From Methylocella sp. (GTDB taxonomy: Bacteria > Pseudomonadota > Alphaproteobacteria > Rhizobiales > Beijerinckiaceae): 51,214 nt of DNA. Positions 41,064-51,214 of this stretch are shown piece after piece. Under the pieces are notes generated by a model. It saw nothing but the letters and a program-made list of their open reading frames with translations. It was not told the origin of the DNA and did no database searches. The first letter of the stretch is position 1. Every line of letters starts with the position of its first letter. A program made the position numbers and the translations under genes. The stretch spans positions 1-51,214 of the forward strand of contig DATJLX010000012.1 in NCBI GenBank assembly GCA_035509135.1. The letters run 5' to 3'.

Positions 41064-42110
41064 ATGACCCGAACAGCATTGGCTGCGGACGACGCTTTGG
41101 CTGATCCCATAGCCTGCGCCCAACCCGCCTTTTCCAGGACGGCACCAGGGGTAAGCGGCGCGGCGATCGGCATCCTTTGGATGCTGGCTGCCACCTGCCT
41201 TTTCGTCTGCCAGGATTCTACCTCCCGTATCCTGCTCAGATCCTATCCAGCGACGGAAATCGCCTTCGCGCGCTATTTGGTTCACATGGTTTTGGTGACC
41301 CTGTTCCTCGCATGGCGCGACCCGCGCCTCATGATCTCGCAGCGGCCCATTTTGCAAATTCTTCGGTCGATCTTTCTTCTCGGCGCAACTTTATTCGCTA
41401 TGTTGGCGCTCAAGTTCATGCCTCTTGTTGATTTTTCCGCCATTGTTTGGGTGGCGCCCGTACTTGTCGCCACGCTCTCGATCTTCATTCTCAACGAAAG
41501 AGTAAGCGCCGGCATTTGGGTCAGCGTTTTCACGGGCCTAACTGGTGTCTGGGTGATCGTTGGCCGGCCGGGAGCGGATTTTTCGTTCTCGATGCTGTTT
41601 CCTGTGCTGGCGGCTCTTGCCAACGCGCTCTATCAGATCACGACCCGACTTTTACACGGCTCTGATTCATCGCTCACCACCTTATTTTACACGGCGCTCG
41701 CCGGAGTTGTGTTTTGTGGCGGATTTTTGCCCTTTGTCGCCATCGCGCCGAACCTCACCGGCACCAGTCTCATGTTTCTGCTTGGGTTCCTTGGCTTGGC
41801 GAGCCACTTCTGTCTCATCCGAGCCTTTGCCGTCGCGCCCGCCAATATCGTGGCGCCATTCGGTTATACGGCGCTGCTCTGGGCCACTTTGTTCAGCCTG
41901 TTTATTTTCGGGGAAATTCCTAGTCCGCGCACCTTGTTTGGGGCGGCATTGATCATTGCCGCCGGTTTGTTCATATTTCTCCCGGCGAAAAATATGAGAA
42001 AATGGCGTATTTCCCACGTTGAAGCCGTTTTGCCAGAAAGCCTTCCTTTGAGGCAAGAATCTCAAGCGAATTTTGTCGCGGGTGCTCGATCGCGGCGGAT
42101 CGTCCCCTAG
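41064..42110 (+). CDS. DMT/EamA family transporter
   Basis: About 10 TM segments, L.ERVS, IVGRPG, APFGY..L.WA....FGE.P. Confidence 0.9.
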   Translation: MTRTALAADDALADPIACAQPAFSRTAPGVSGAAIGILWMLAATCLFVCQDSTSRILLRSYPATEIAFARYLVHMVLVTLFLAWRDPRLMISQRPILQILRSIFLLGATLFAMLALKFMPLVDFSAIVWVAPVLVATLSIFILNERVSAGIWVSVFTGLTGVWVIVGRPGADFSFSMLFPVLAALANALYQITTRLLHGSDSSLTTLFYTALAGVVFCGGFLPFVAIAPNLTGTSLMFLLGFLGLASHFCLIRAFAVAPANIVAPFGYTALLWATLFSLFIFGEIPSPRTLFGAALIIAAGLFIFLPAKNMRKWRISHVEAVLPESLPLRQESQANFVAGARSRRIVP

Positions 42111-42167
42111 GTGTCGGTGGGAAATCCCCTTAAAGTCAGTGAACCAACCGAAACAATTGGTAAAGCA

Positions 42168-42779
42168 ATGGACAATAGGCCCTATGAGCAAGATAGCGCT
42201 GCAAAAGCGTGTCCGCTTTTTTGCTCTTCCCCCACAACGGCCCCTCTCGCCATCGTCGCAGCGATCGGTGAAAATGGCGTGATAGGCGACGGGCGCGGCC
42301 TGCCTTGGCATTTGCCGAGCGATCTCGAACATTTCCGAAGCATCACCATGGGCAAACCCCTGCTCATGGGACGCAAAACCTTCGAATCGATCGGGCGTGC
42401 GCTGCCAGGCCGCGAGACCATCGTTGTGACCCGCGACCGCTCCTTCGACCCATCTCGCCGGCATTCGCTAGCCAAGGCCATCCATGTCGCGCATGATCTC
42501 GAAGCGGCGCTGGCGCTTGCCCAGACGCGAGCGCAAGCGATGGGGGCTGAGGAGGTCATTTTGGCCGGCGGCGGCAATCTTTACGAAAGTTTAATCGGCC
42601 ATGCCGAGCGCATGCATCTGACCTTCGTCGATGTCGCCCCGATTGGCGCGGTGAGTTTTCCGCAGATCGACTGGTCGAATTGGCTGGAAGTCAGCCGGGT
42701 TCGGCCCCGGCCATCGGCGAAGGATGAGGCGACATTCGCCTTTGTCGATTTTGATCGCCGCCACTGCTTATCGTTGTAG
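42168..42779 (+). CDS. folA: Dihydrofolate reductase; start uncertain
   Basis: IVAAIGENGVIG, LPWHLPSDL, MGRKTFESIGRALPGR, GGG..Y. Confidence 0.95.
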   Translation: MDNRPYEQDSAAKACPLFCSSPTTAPLAIVAAIGENGVIGDGRGLPWHLPSDLEHFRSITMGKPLLMGRKTFESIGRALPGRETIVVTRDRSFDPSRRHSLAKAIHVAHDLEAALALAQTRAQAMGAEEVILAGGGNLYESLIGHAERMHLTFVDVAPIGAVSFPQIDWSNWLEVSRVRPRPSAKDEATFAFVDFDRRHCLSL

Positions 42780-42920
42780 TCTTCTCGCAGCTCTCCTATA
42801 TGGAGAAGGGTCGATGAGGTGCGGTGAGGCTTTGGCGGTTGACGCGCGCTATCTAACGCGCCATGTGGTTTCATTGTTGCGCATTGTTTTCATTGCGCAT
42901 TCTTTCATAAAGAGACACTC

Positions 42921-44042
42921 ATGCCGTGGAGCAGTGAAGGCGGAAATGGCGGCTCTTGGAAACCCAGTGGCCCCGGCCCCTGGGGGCCAAAACCTGGCGG
43001 GACGCCTCCCGAATTCGAGGAATTCCTGAAGCGTGGACAAGAAAAGATCAAACAATACATGCCGGGGCCCGGGGGACTGGGAGGACGCGGTCTTCTCGCC
43101 TTGGCCTTGGTCGGATCGATCATTTGGCTTTTGTCTGGATTTTATACGGTGGGCCCCAATGAAGTCGGACTGAACAAGATTTTCGGCCGCTACACGGGCA
43201 AGACGGGGCCTGGATTGAACTACAACCTTCCCATCCCGATCGGCAGTGTCGAGAAGCTTCAGGTCACCGATCGAAACACCATCAATATAGGCTTCACCTA
43301 CCGTCAGGACGCACGCTCAACAAACGGGCTGATCCAGATGGACCTGCCAGAAGAAAGCTTGATGCTGACTGGTGATGAAAATATCGCCGACGTCAAATTT
43401 GTCGTGATCTGGCAGATCGACCCGGTGCATCCCGAAGATTATGCTTTCAATATCTCGAACCAGCGCGAGACAGTCAAAGCGGTGGCCGAGAGCGCTATGC
43501 GCGAAGTCATCGGCCGCGGCCAGATCCAGCGAATTCTGACCGCCGATCGTCCAAAGATTGAGGCGGACGTGCAGGAACTTATGCAAAAGGTTTTGAATGG
43601 CTATAAGGCCGGGATTTTGGTGTTGCAGGTGCAATTGCAATCCGTCGACCCCCCCGAGCAGGTCATCGCCGCCTTCAAGGATGTGACGGCGGCGCAGCAG
43701 GATCAAAACCGTTTGCGCAATGAGGCCGAGGCCTATGCCAACCGGGTCGTCCCCGAGGCCCGAGGCAAGGCCGCGGCGATTGTTCAGGAAGCGGAAGGCT
43801 ATAAGCTTCAAACCGTCGCCGAGGCAACCGGTCAGGTTTCCCGCTTTAACAAAGTATATGAGCAGTATAAGAAAGCCCCCGAGGTAACGCGCGAAAGACT
43901 CTATCTTGAGACCATGGAACGTGTGCTGGGCGGCATGGACAAGATCATTCTCGATCAAAGCGGCGGGCAAGGTCAAGGAGTCGTTCCTTACTTGCCGCTC
44001 GGGCCTTTGACGCCAAAAAATGGCGAGGGAGGCCGTAAATGA
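42921..44042 (+). CDS. hflK: FtsH modulator HflK
   Basis: MPWS, TM segment, MLTGDENI, ESAMREV, AF.DV..A, VTRERLYLETME. Confidence 0.96.
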   Translation: MPWSSEGGNGGSWKPSGPGPWGPKPGGTPPEFEEFLKRGQEKIKQYMPGPGGLGGRGLLALALVGSIIWLLSGFYTVGPNEVGLNKIFGRYTGKTGPGLNYNLPIPIGSVEKLQVTDRNTINIGFTYRQDARSTNGLIQMDLPEESLMLTGDENIADVKFVVIWQIDPVHPEDYAFNISNQRETVKAVAESAMREVIGRGQIQRILTADRPKIEADVQELMQKVLNGYKAGILVLQVQLQSVDPPEQVIAAFKDVTAAQQDQNRLRNEAEAYANRVVPEARGKAAAIVQEAEGYKLQTVAEATGQVSRFNKVYEQYKKAPEVTRERLYLETMERVLGGMDKIILDQSGGQGQGVVPYLPLGPLTPKNGEGGRK

Positions 44043-44938
44043 GGGGCGCTGTCACCTTTGGCGCGATTGCCGCCATCGTCCTAATCCTTGTCGTTGCGTT
44101 GGCCTCGGCGTTCACTGTGGACCAGACCGAGCAGGCGATCGTCTTGCGTTTCGGCGAACCGGTCGCCGGGCGCGGCCTCGTCACCACGCCAGGGCTTCAT
44201 TTCAAGTATCCTTTTATCGAGAATGTCGTTTTTCTCGATAATCGAATCCTTGTTGTCGAGGCGCCAAAACAGGAAGTGCTCGCCTCTGACAACAACCGGC
44301 TCGATGTCGATTCTTTCTTGCGCTACCGGATCGTTGATCCGCTTAAATTTTATCAAACGGTAGGCTCACCTGAACGGGCAAACAGTCAGCTGGGATTCAT
44401 CTTGAATTCGGCGGTGCGCCGGGTGCTGGGCGACGCCAACATGACCGAAATCGTGCGTGACAACCGCGCCGATCTCATGGTCAAAATTCGCGAACAGGTG
44501 AACCAGGAAGGCGGCCGCCTTGGCATCGCCGCCGTCGATGTCCGAATCCGCCGCGCCGACCTGCCAAGGCAAATTTCGGAAAAAGTCTTTAGCCGGATGC
44601 AGAGCGAACGGGCGCGCGAGGCGGCGGAATATCGGGCGAAGGGTTCCGAAACCGCGCAAACGCTGAGAGCGACGGCCGATCGCGATGTGGTCGTGCTTCT
44701 AGGCAATGCGCAGCGCCAGGCCGACCAGACCCGGGGCGAAGGCGATGCCGAAAGAAACCGCATTTTCGCCGAGGCCTACAGCAAGGATCCGGATTTCTTT
44801 GCCTTTTACCGCTCAATGCAGGCCTATGAGACCGGATTGCAAAGCGGCGACACGCGCATGGTGATGAGCCCAAAATCGGATTTCTTTCGCTTTTTTGGTT
44901 CGCCCAATGGCCTACCGGCTCCCGCAGGCTCCCGCTGA
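44039..44938 (+). CDS. hflC: FtsH modulator HflC
   Basis: QAIVLRFG, PGLHFK.PF, DVRIRRADLP, RM..ER, FFAFYRSMQAY. Confidence 0.96.
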   Translation: MRGAVTFGAIAAIVLILVVALASAFTVDQTEQAIVLRFGEPVAGRGLVTTPGLHFKYPFIENVVFLDNRILVVEAPKQEVLASDNNRLDVDSFLRYRIVDPLKFYQTVGSPERANSQLGFILNSAVRRVLGDANMTEIVRDNRADLMVKIREQVNQEGGRLGIAAVDVRIRRADLPRQISEKVFSRMQSERAREAAEYRAKGSETAQTLRATADRDVVVLLGNAQRQADQTRGEGDAERNRIFAEAYSKDPDFFAFYRSMQAYETGLQSGDTRMVMSPKSDFFRFFGSPNGLPAPAGSR

Positions 44939-45022
44939 TAGTTTGAAGCTTCGCAGAAACCAAGCGCGGCGCGCGATTTTCGAGGCAGATTATACCCATG
45001 CTCCGGCTTTTATCTTGGATGC

Positions 45023-46237
45023 ATGAGAGAACGAGAGATGACCGTGGCCGGCGATTCCCAGCGATCCTTCGCCTGGAACGATCCTTTCGATCTTGACGAA
45101 CAGCTTACGGAAGAGGAAAGGCTCGTGCGCGACTCAGCGCGAGCTTTCGCACAAGGTTATTTGCTCCCGCGCGTCACCGAGGACTATCTCGAAGAACGTT
45201 TCGATCGCGAAATCCTCAAACAAATGGGCTGCCTTGGTTTGCTCGGTCCGACGATTCCCCAAGACTATGGCGGCGCCGGGCTTGGGTCCGTCGCCTATGG
45301 GCTTGCCGCCCGCGAGGTCGAGCGCGTCGATAGCGGCTATCGCTCGATGATGAGTGTGCAGTCTTCGCTCGTGATGCATGCGATCCATGCCTTTGGCAGC
45401 GAGGCTCAGCGCCGCAAATATCTGCCAAGACTGGCCATGGGCGAATGGATCGGCTGTTTTGGTCTCACCGAACCCGACGCGGGCTCCGATCCGCAAGCGA
45501 TGCGCAGCAAGGCCGAGAAAACCAAGGACGGATACCGTCTCAACGGCGCCAAAACCTGGATCACCAACAGCCCGGTTGCCGACATATTCATCGTCTGGGC
45601 AAAATCGGCGGTGCATCAAAACGCCATTCGCGGATTTATTCTCGAACGCGGGATGCAAGGGCTCGTAACGCCGGCGATTTCACAAAAACTATCGTTGCGC
45701 GCCTCGCCAACCGGCGGGATCCTCATGGCCGATGTCGAAGTGCCGGAAGAAAGCCTCTTGCCGGACGCCTCTGGGCTCAAGGCCCCTTTTGCCTGCCTCA
45801 ATCGCGCCCGCTACGGCATCTCATGGGGAACGATGGGGGCGGCAGAGGCTTGTTTCGCGGCGGCGCGGACCTATACGCTCGAGCGTCAACAATTCGGCCG
45901 TCCCCTCGCCGCCAATCAGCTGATTCAAAAAAAACTCGCCGACATGGAAACCGAAATCGCACTCGGGCTTCAGGCGGCTTTGCGCATCGGCCGGCTGATG
46001 GATGCGGGCAAGCTTGCCCCGGAAGCGATCTCGCTCGTCAAGCGCAACAATTCCGGCAAGGCGCTTGATATCGCCCGCATGGCCCGCGACATGCTCGGCG
46101 CCAATGGAATATCCACGGCCTTTCCTGTTATGCGCCACCTAGCCAATCTCGAAACAGTGAACACATATGAAGGCACCCACGATATTCACGCGCTCATCCT
46201 CGGGCGCGCAATCACCGGCCTGCAGGCTTTTTTTTAA
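45023..46237 (+). CDS. gcdH: Acyl-CoA dehydrogenase, glutaryl-CoA dehydrogenase-like
   Basis: [51 protein letters not shown]. Confidence 0.88.
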   Translation: MREREMTVAGDSQRSFAWNDPFDLDEQLTEEERLVRDSARAFAQGYLLPRVTEDYLEERFDREILKQMGCLGLLGPTIPQDYGGAGLGSVAYGLAAREVERVDSGYRSMMSVQSSLVMHAIHAFGSEAQRRKYLPRLAMGEWIGCFGLTEPDAGSDPQAMRSKAEKTKDGYRLNGAKTWITNSPVADIFIVWAKSAVHQNAIRGFILERGMQGLVTPAISQKLSLRASPTGGILMADVEVPEESLLPDASGLKAPFACLNRARYGISWGTMGAAEACFAAARTYTLERQQFGRPLAANQLIQKKLADMETEIALGLQAALRIGRLMDAGKLAPEAISLVKRNNSGKALDIARMARDMLGANGISTAFPVMRHLANLETVNTYEGTHDIHALILGRAITGLQAFF

Positions 46238-46309
46238 CTCCGCCATGTGACGGACACCGAAGCGAACCGGGAACGCTTGTTATTCCCACGGCCGGGGACT
46301 GGCCACCGA

Positions 46310-47743
46310 TCACTTCGAATCCGCGTCGAGGACGGCGATCCGGACCATATTGGTCGCGCCCGGTGTGCCGAAGGGAACGCCAGCAACGATAATGACGCGC
46401 TCCTGCGCTTTGGCAAACCCTTCGCGCCCGGCAAATTTGCAGGCGCGTTTCGCCATGTCATCGACGTCATGGGCGTCCTTGGTGACGACCGCATGGACGC
46501 CCCAGACAAGCGTGAGGCGGCAAGCCGTCTCGCGATTCGGCGTGAGGGCCAGAACCGGTGCCTCGGGCCTCTCCCGGGCAATTCGAAGGGCCGTCGAGCC
46601 GGAAGACGTCCAGGCCACAATGGCTTTGAAATCCAGGGTTTCGGCGAAATATCGCGCGGCAACGGCGATGGCGATCGCATCGGCATTGGTCGCCTCTGGA
46701 GCAGCACGTTGCGCATTGATGATACTGCGGTAGTAGGAATCGCGCTCGACCTCCACGGCGATCTTGTTCATGGTCGTGACCGCTTCCACCGGAAAGGATC
46801 CCGCGGCGCTTTCGGCGGAAAGCATGATGGCATCGGCGCCTTCGAAGACAGCGGTTGCGACATCGGAGACCTCGGCGCGCGTCGGGACAGGCGCATTGAT
46901 CATGGATTCGAGCATCTGTGTCGCGACAACGACAGGCTTGCCGAACCGGCGCGCCATCCGGTTGATCCGCTTTTGCAAACCTGGGACTTTTTCGAGAGGC
47001 ATCTCGACTCCGAGATCGCCGCGCGCGACCATGAGCGCGTCGGAAATCTGGACGATCTCGTCGAGCCGCGAAATCGCTTGCGGCTTCTCTAGTTTCGACA
47101 TCACGAGCGCGCGGCCGGAGATGAGCTTCTTGACTTCAGCAACATCGTCAGGCCGCTGCACGAAGGAGACGGCAACCCAATCGACACCGGCGTCGAGCCC
47201 GGCTGCGAGATCGGCCTGGTCCTTATCGGTAATTGAAGAGACGGGAATTTCAGTATCTGGTAAATTGACGCCCTTGCGGTTCGATAACTCACCCGCGACC
47301 TCAACGATCGCCGTGGCGCGTTTGCCGTCCGTCTCAGCGACTTGAAGCCGAACCTTGCCATCGTCGATGAGGATTCCATCGCCCGGCTTCAACGCGTGCA
47401 AGATCTCAGGATGCGGAAGCCAGACACGGTTTTGATCGCCCGGCTCTGGATCGGAATCGAATATGAAATGGGAACCCTTGCTCAGTTTGGCGACCCGGTT
47501 CTTAAAGGTGCCAATCCGCAGCTTTGGGCCTTGGAGGTCGATGAGCACGCCGATCGGGCGTCCGCATTCTTCTTGGAGAGTTCTGATCATTTCGACCTGC
47601 CGTCGCATCTGCTCATGCGTGGCATGACTCATATTGATGCGAAAAAGGTCGGCGCCTGCGTGAAACAAAGCCGCGACCATTCCCAAGCTTGCGGAAGCAG
47701 GACCCAATGTCGCGATGATTTTGCACCGGCGCAGCCGTCGCAT
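46310..47743 (-). CDS. pyk: Pyruvate kinase
   Basis: KIIATLGPAS, RINMSH, DLQGPK, MVARGDLGVE, ATQMLESM, PTRAEVSD. Confidence 0.97.
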   Translation of the reverse strand: MRRLRRCKIIATLGPASASLGMVAALFHAGADLFRINMSHATHEQMRRQVEMIRTLQEECGRPIGVLIDLQGPKLRIGTFKNRVAKLSKGSHFIFDSDPEPGDQNRVWLPHPEILHALKPGDGILIDDGKVRLQVAETDGKRATAIVEVAGELSNRKGVNLPDTEIPVSSITDKDQADLAAGLDAGVDWVAVSFVQRPDDVAEVKKLISGRALVMSKLEKPQAISRLDEIVQISDALMVARGDLGVEMPLEKVPGLQKRINRMARRFGKPVVVATQMLESMINAPVPTRAEVSDVATAVFEGADAIMLSAESAAGSFPVEAVTTMNKIAVEVERDSYYRSIINAQRAAPEATNADAIAIAVAARYFAETLDFKAIVAWTSSGSTALRIARERPEAPVLALTPNRETACRLTLVWGVHAVVTKDAHDVDDMAKRACKFAGREGFAKAQERVIIVAGVPFGTPGATNMVRIAVLDADSK

Positions 47744-47764
47744 CCTAGCCTCGCCGGGATTGAT

Positions 47765-48256
47765 TTAGGGGTTTTGCGGAACTTGTGTTGAATCAGTCAA
47801 TTGAACGGTCCAGTTTTTGGCTTCCTTGCCCGTATCGACTTCGAAAAAACCCGTGCGATCAAAGCCGCGCACGTAGCAATCTTCCCGGCCAATGATGCGG
47901 AATTCACGATCACGGGTGCACATAAAGGCCTTGCCCTTCCATTCACTGCCATGCTCGTCCATCGCATAAACGTAATAGAACTCCGCGGCCAGCGGTCCAC
48001 GCACCAAAGTCTCGCAACCGCTCGCTTTCAAATTCCACCAACCTTCACTGATCCACGTCTCGCCATCGGTATAGGCAAGCGCAACACTGACCCTGCTGCC
48101 AGAATTGTTGCAGAGACGAAAATCCGCGCGCGCGGGAGCGAGCGAGCAGATCAGGGCGAAGAGCGTGATTGCGGCGGGAATAATCGTTTGTTTCAGTAAC
48201 GTCAAGATCGTGGCTTTATCTTCAACTTTGTTAGACCATGCAAAGATAGGGACCAA
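47765..48256 (-). CDS. DUF1036 family exported protein; true start probably later
   Basis: Signal ending APARA, DFRLCN, SEGWW, YYVYA, GFFEVDTG..WTVQL; usual neighbour of pyk. Confidence 0.8.
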   Translation of the reverse strand: MVPIFAWSNKVEDKATILTLLKQTIIPAAITLFALICSLAPARADFRLCNNSGSRVSVALAYTDGETWISEGWWNLKASGCETLVRGPLAAEFYYVYAMDEHGSEWKGKAFMCTRDREFRIIGREDCYVRGFDRTGFFEVDTGKEAKNWTVQLTDSTQVPQNP

Positions 48257-48285
48257 GCTGCGGGGAGGGATTCATCGTCGGCCCC

Positions 48286-49353
48286 TCAGGATTTAGCACG
48301 CTTCAAAGAGGCATAGACTTTGTCATGATCCTCCAGGACGCGATCAACCCTGAAATCACCCGCCGCGGCCTTTGCCTTCGTCCGCCATTGGCGCAGGATA
48401 TCCTCGTCTTGCATAAGTCCGCGCAATGCCTTGGCAAGTTGGCCTGGCTGCCCTGGCTCGACCAATTGGCCCGCATCGCCATGCCCGAGAAGCTCCGGCG
48501 TTCCCCCCACCGCAGTGGCAACAATCGCGCAGCCCGCCTCGAGCGCTTCCGGTATCACAAGACAACAGGGATCGGCATAGGAAGCCAAAGCGAATATCTG
48601 TGATTGGCGCAACAAAGGCTGCGGCGCTTCGACCGCTCCTATGAAATGTGCCGAGCCGGCGAGTCCGAGTTCCCCCGCTAATGCCACCAGTTTCGCCCGG
48701 TCTGGGCCATCCCCAATAATATTGAAGTGCCAATTTGGAAACTCCGGCTGAAGCAATTGGAAGGCGGCGAGGAGGTCATGCACCCCCTTGCGCGGGTGCA
48801 AGCCGCAGACGGTGGTGATCGAAGGCGTGGCAAGCACCACATTGGTCGGCGTTCCAAATTTTTCCCGCGGCGAACCGTTGGGCCCATTGAGGACGACGAC
48901 AACCCGGTCCGGATTGAACCCCCGCCCGATAAGGAAATCCCGCTCGGCCTTGCTGACCGCGACGACGACACGGCCGGCGCGCATGAGGATCGCGTGGCGA
49001 TCAAAGGAGTTGTGAACGGTGGTCACGAGCGGCACACCGGTCAGCTTCGAGGCAAGATAGCCGAAAACCGCGCTCGACATCATATGAGCATGAATGACAT
49101 CCGGCTGAAAACTCCGGCACAGGCGGAGCAATGCAGCAAAATTGCGAACCAGGGCGGTTGGACTGCTCTCCTGGCCCTGGCGTATTTCGGCGCGTTGCAC
49201 GCCATAGGCGTCGAGTAGCGCATCGTAATGGCCTCCGGCGCTGGCGTAAATAACCCGATGGCCCATCCGCGCTTGTCCGCATGCCAGATCAACGGCAACG
49301 TTGACATTGCCATTACAATGCTGGGCATGCTTGATCAAATGGAGGATGCGCAT
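48286..49353 (-). CDS. Glycosyltransferase family 4
   Basis: MRILHL, DVIHAH, VTTVH, KG, IIGDGP, EALEAGC.IVAT.VGG.PE. Confidence 0.92.
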   Translation of the reverse strand: MRILHLIKHAQHCNGNVNVAVDLACGQARMGHRVIYASAGGHYDALLDAYGVQRAEIRQGQESSPTALVRNFAALLRLCRSFQPDVIHAHMMSSAVFGYLASKLTGVPLVTTVHNSFDRHAILMRAGRVVVAVSKAERDFLIGRGFNPDRVVVVLNGPNGSPREKFGTPTNVVLATPSITTVCGLHPRKGVHDLLAAFQLLQPEFPNWHFNIIGDGPDRAKLVALAGELGLAGSAHFIGAVEAPQPLLRQSQIFALASYADPCCLVIPEALEAGCAIVATAVGGTPELLGHGDAGQLVEPGQPGQLAKALRGLMQDEDILRQWRTKAKAAAGDFRVDRVLEDHDKVYASLKRAKS

Positions 49354-49935
49354 CGTCTCTCCGGAACGCTGGCCATCTCTTCAAATGGCGCGATTGAAAC
49401 AGTTATAGCGGTCCGCCTGTAGGCCAGCAAATCCATGGAAATCCCCTTGAGGTGCTTTATTCCGGGCAGATGAAATTCCAGGCAAACGGACCCACCTCAG
49501 GCCACACGGCCAGATCCAGCTCCCTTAAGCTTGATCTCGAAACAGTGTAGTAAATACGTAAAAGATTCACGACAGAACAGAGTGAAAAAGACCATACGCG
49601 ATTGCTGTTGGAATAATCACGGTTTTAATCGCTTTTCAATCACTTTGGGTTTCCTGATCGAAATCAGAAAAGATTTGCGCACAAGGATAGAATTGGAAGG
49701 AAAACGAAAGAGCTGATCAACATTCTCTAAACTTGGTCTTCTTCTGCACGCTTGAAGCTGGCGACTTGGCTGCCCCTCGCAATACGGCATTCCTCGAATC
49801 CTGCCTTTCTTATGAAAGTCGACCGGGATCGTAAGACGGCATCGCCATGACTTGCGCTTGCATTAAGCCGCATTATAGGTTCAACACTTTTAGATGTGCC
49901 AGCTGCGGATACTGTGTCCGCGCAAAGCGAACTGC

Positions 49936-50025
49936 GGAGGGGTGGCCGAGTGGTTGAAGGCGCACGCCTGGAAAGTGTGTATGCGGGAAACCGTATCGCG
50001 GGTTCGAATCCCGCTCCCTCCGCCA
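49936..50025 (+). tRNA. tRNA-Ser(GGA)
   Basis: GGAGGGGTGGCCGAGTGG...CCTGGAAAG...long variable arm...GGTTCGAATCC...CGCCA; 90 nt. Confidence 0.96.
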
Positions 50026-50114
50026 TTCATACTATGTAGGGCGCACAATTTTTTCTTGCCAATATGTATACCCCACATTATCATCTGCATTTATTTTTGG
50101 TTATCCTTTGGCCG

Positions 50115-50921
50115 GGCATTGGCAAATTAACAAATCGATCGGTGAGTGCCTGTGCCGCTTTGCACCATGAAGCCCATTTCCTATGCTCGCCGTCGATTTC
50201 CACCTGATGTCATCCGGCATGCCGTCTGGCTCTATCTCAGGTTCACTCTGAGCTACAGCAATATTGAGGATCTCTTGGCCGAGCGTGGCCTCATTGTTAG
50301 CAATGAGGCCATCCGCCGGTGGGTGCTCAAATTCGGTCCTGGGGGTGCCAGGAGCCTGTGAAAGTCCCGTCCGCAAAGTTACACGCGGTGGCATCTCGAT
50401 GAAATGGTGGTCTCGCTTTCTGGAAAGCAAATGTACATGTGGCGCGCGGTTGATGGCGAGGGCGCGGTTCTGGAAATTCTCGTTCAGCCCCAGCGCGACA
50501 CAAGGTTGCGGCCATGCGATTGTTACGCAAACTCCTTCGCCGCCAGGGCTTTGTCCCATCGGTTATCATCACCGATAAACTGCGCTCCTATGGAGCGGCG
50601 CTTCGCGAGATTGACTTTTCGGGACTGCATGAGCAAGGCCTGCGTGCCAACAACTGCGCGGAGAACTCGCATCAGCCGTTCGTCGACGAGAACGAAAGAT
50701 GCAAGGCTTCAAATTTGCCAAATCACCTCAGCGCTTCGCTCCAGTTCATGCAGCGGTCTTCAACACATTCAATCTTCAACGACATTTGATCAGCCGTCTG
50801 ACGCATCGACTGTTTCGAACCGCCGCGCATCAATCTTGGCGTGACGCGACTGCTGCGGCGGCATAAATTGGGACATTGGGGGTGATGTTTCGTGTCGATC
50901 GTTTGTTAACTTGTTAACGCC
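50115..50921 (+). mobile_element. Decayed IS6-family insertion sequence (807 bp)
   Basis: Imperfect terminal IRs GGCATTGGCAAATTAACAAA / reverse complement GGCGTTAACAAGTTAACAAA flanking an IS6 transposase remnant. Confidence 0.85.
50167..50866 (+). pseudogene. IS6-family transposase pseudogene
   Basis: RFPPDVI..AVWLY.RF.LS, WHLDE, WRAVD.EG, TDKLRSY, NN.AENSH; in-frame TGA at 50359-50361 and frameshifts near 50505 and 50680. Confidence 0.88.
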
Positions 50922-51214
50922 TGCCGATGGGATCGCCTCGATTGACCTCTTTGTCGTTCCGACACTCTCGTTTCGACTGCTTTACAGCTTGCTCATTCTA
51001 TCGCACGGTGTGACAGCAAACCCGACCGCCGAATGGATTGCTCAGCAACTCACCGAAGCCTGTGGTTGAGAATGGACGCCATCATCCGCGACCACGACTC
51101 TGTCTATGGCGAGATTTTCTCCCGGCGGCTTCGTTGCATGGGCATTCGTGACCGGCCAACTGCGCCACGCTCGCCATGGCAGAACGGACATACCGAACGG
51201 CTGATCGGCTCGCT
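50922..51214 (+). pseudogene. Integrase-core (rve/DDE) transposase remnant, runs off the window
   Basis: ADGIASIDLFVVPT..FRLLY, VTANPTAEWIAQQL.EA, IRD.D..YG, TAPRSPWQNG..ERLIGS, with a stop and frameshifts; 5' part missing. Confidence 0.75.

Noticed and set aside
46247-47092. 281-aa plus-strand ORF
   Set aside because: Antisense shadow of pyk.
49360-49930. AT-rich region with short ORFs before tRNA-Ser
   Set aside because: No coding signal or recognisable RNA structure; likely divergent promoter DNA.

Overview
Core chromosomal segment of a GC-rich alphaproteobacterium of the Hyphomicrobiales/Rhizobiales. A Beijerinckiaceae-like origin is my inference from gene order and protein style, not something I could verify. 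Housekeeping content: rlpA, dusB-ntrB-ntrC, ispDF, uvrC-pgsA-moaD-moaE, tRNA-Asp and tRNA-Val, thyA, a permuted two-piece tmRNA next to sspB, an aa3-type cytochrome c oxidase operon through surf1-thrC-M16 peptidase-rimJ, eipB, RidA/GDPD, ycgN, a PBP1A-DUF1214-DUF1254 operon, folA-hflK-hflC, an acyl-CoA dehydrogenase, pyk and tRNA-Ser. Accessory material: an AT-rich glycosyltransferase islet (5.9-7.5 kb), a heme monooxygenase/sterol-desaturase/GT2/methyltransferase patch (29.4-34.6 kb), and a decayed IS6 element plus an integrase remnant after tRNA-Ser. I found no CRISPR array, prophage or defence system, and no clearly new multi-gene system. The best leads are: (i) paired substitutions at the Mg/Mn site of cytochrome oxidase; (ii) a palindromic miniature repeat family that sits on TAG stop codons and may have extended one protein; (iii) a probable ~30 kb inversion separating thyA from folA; (iv) the uncharacterised lipid/glycan-modification patch and the PBP-DUF operon.
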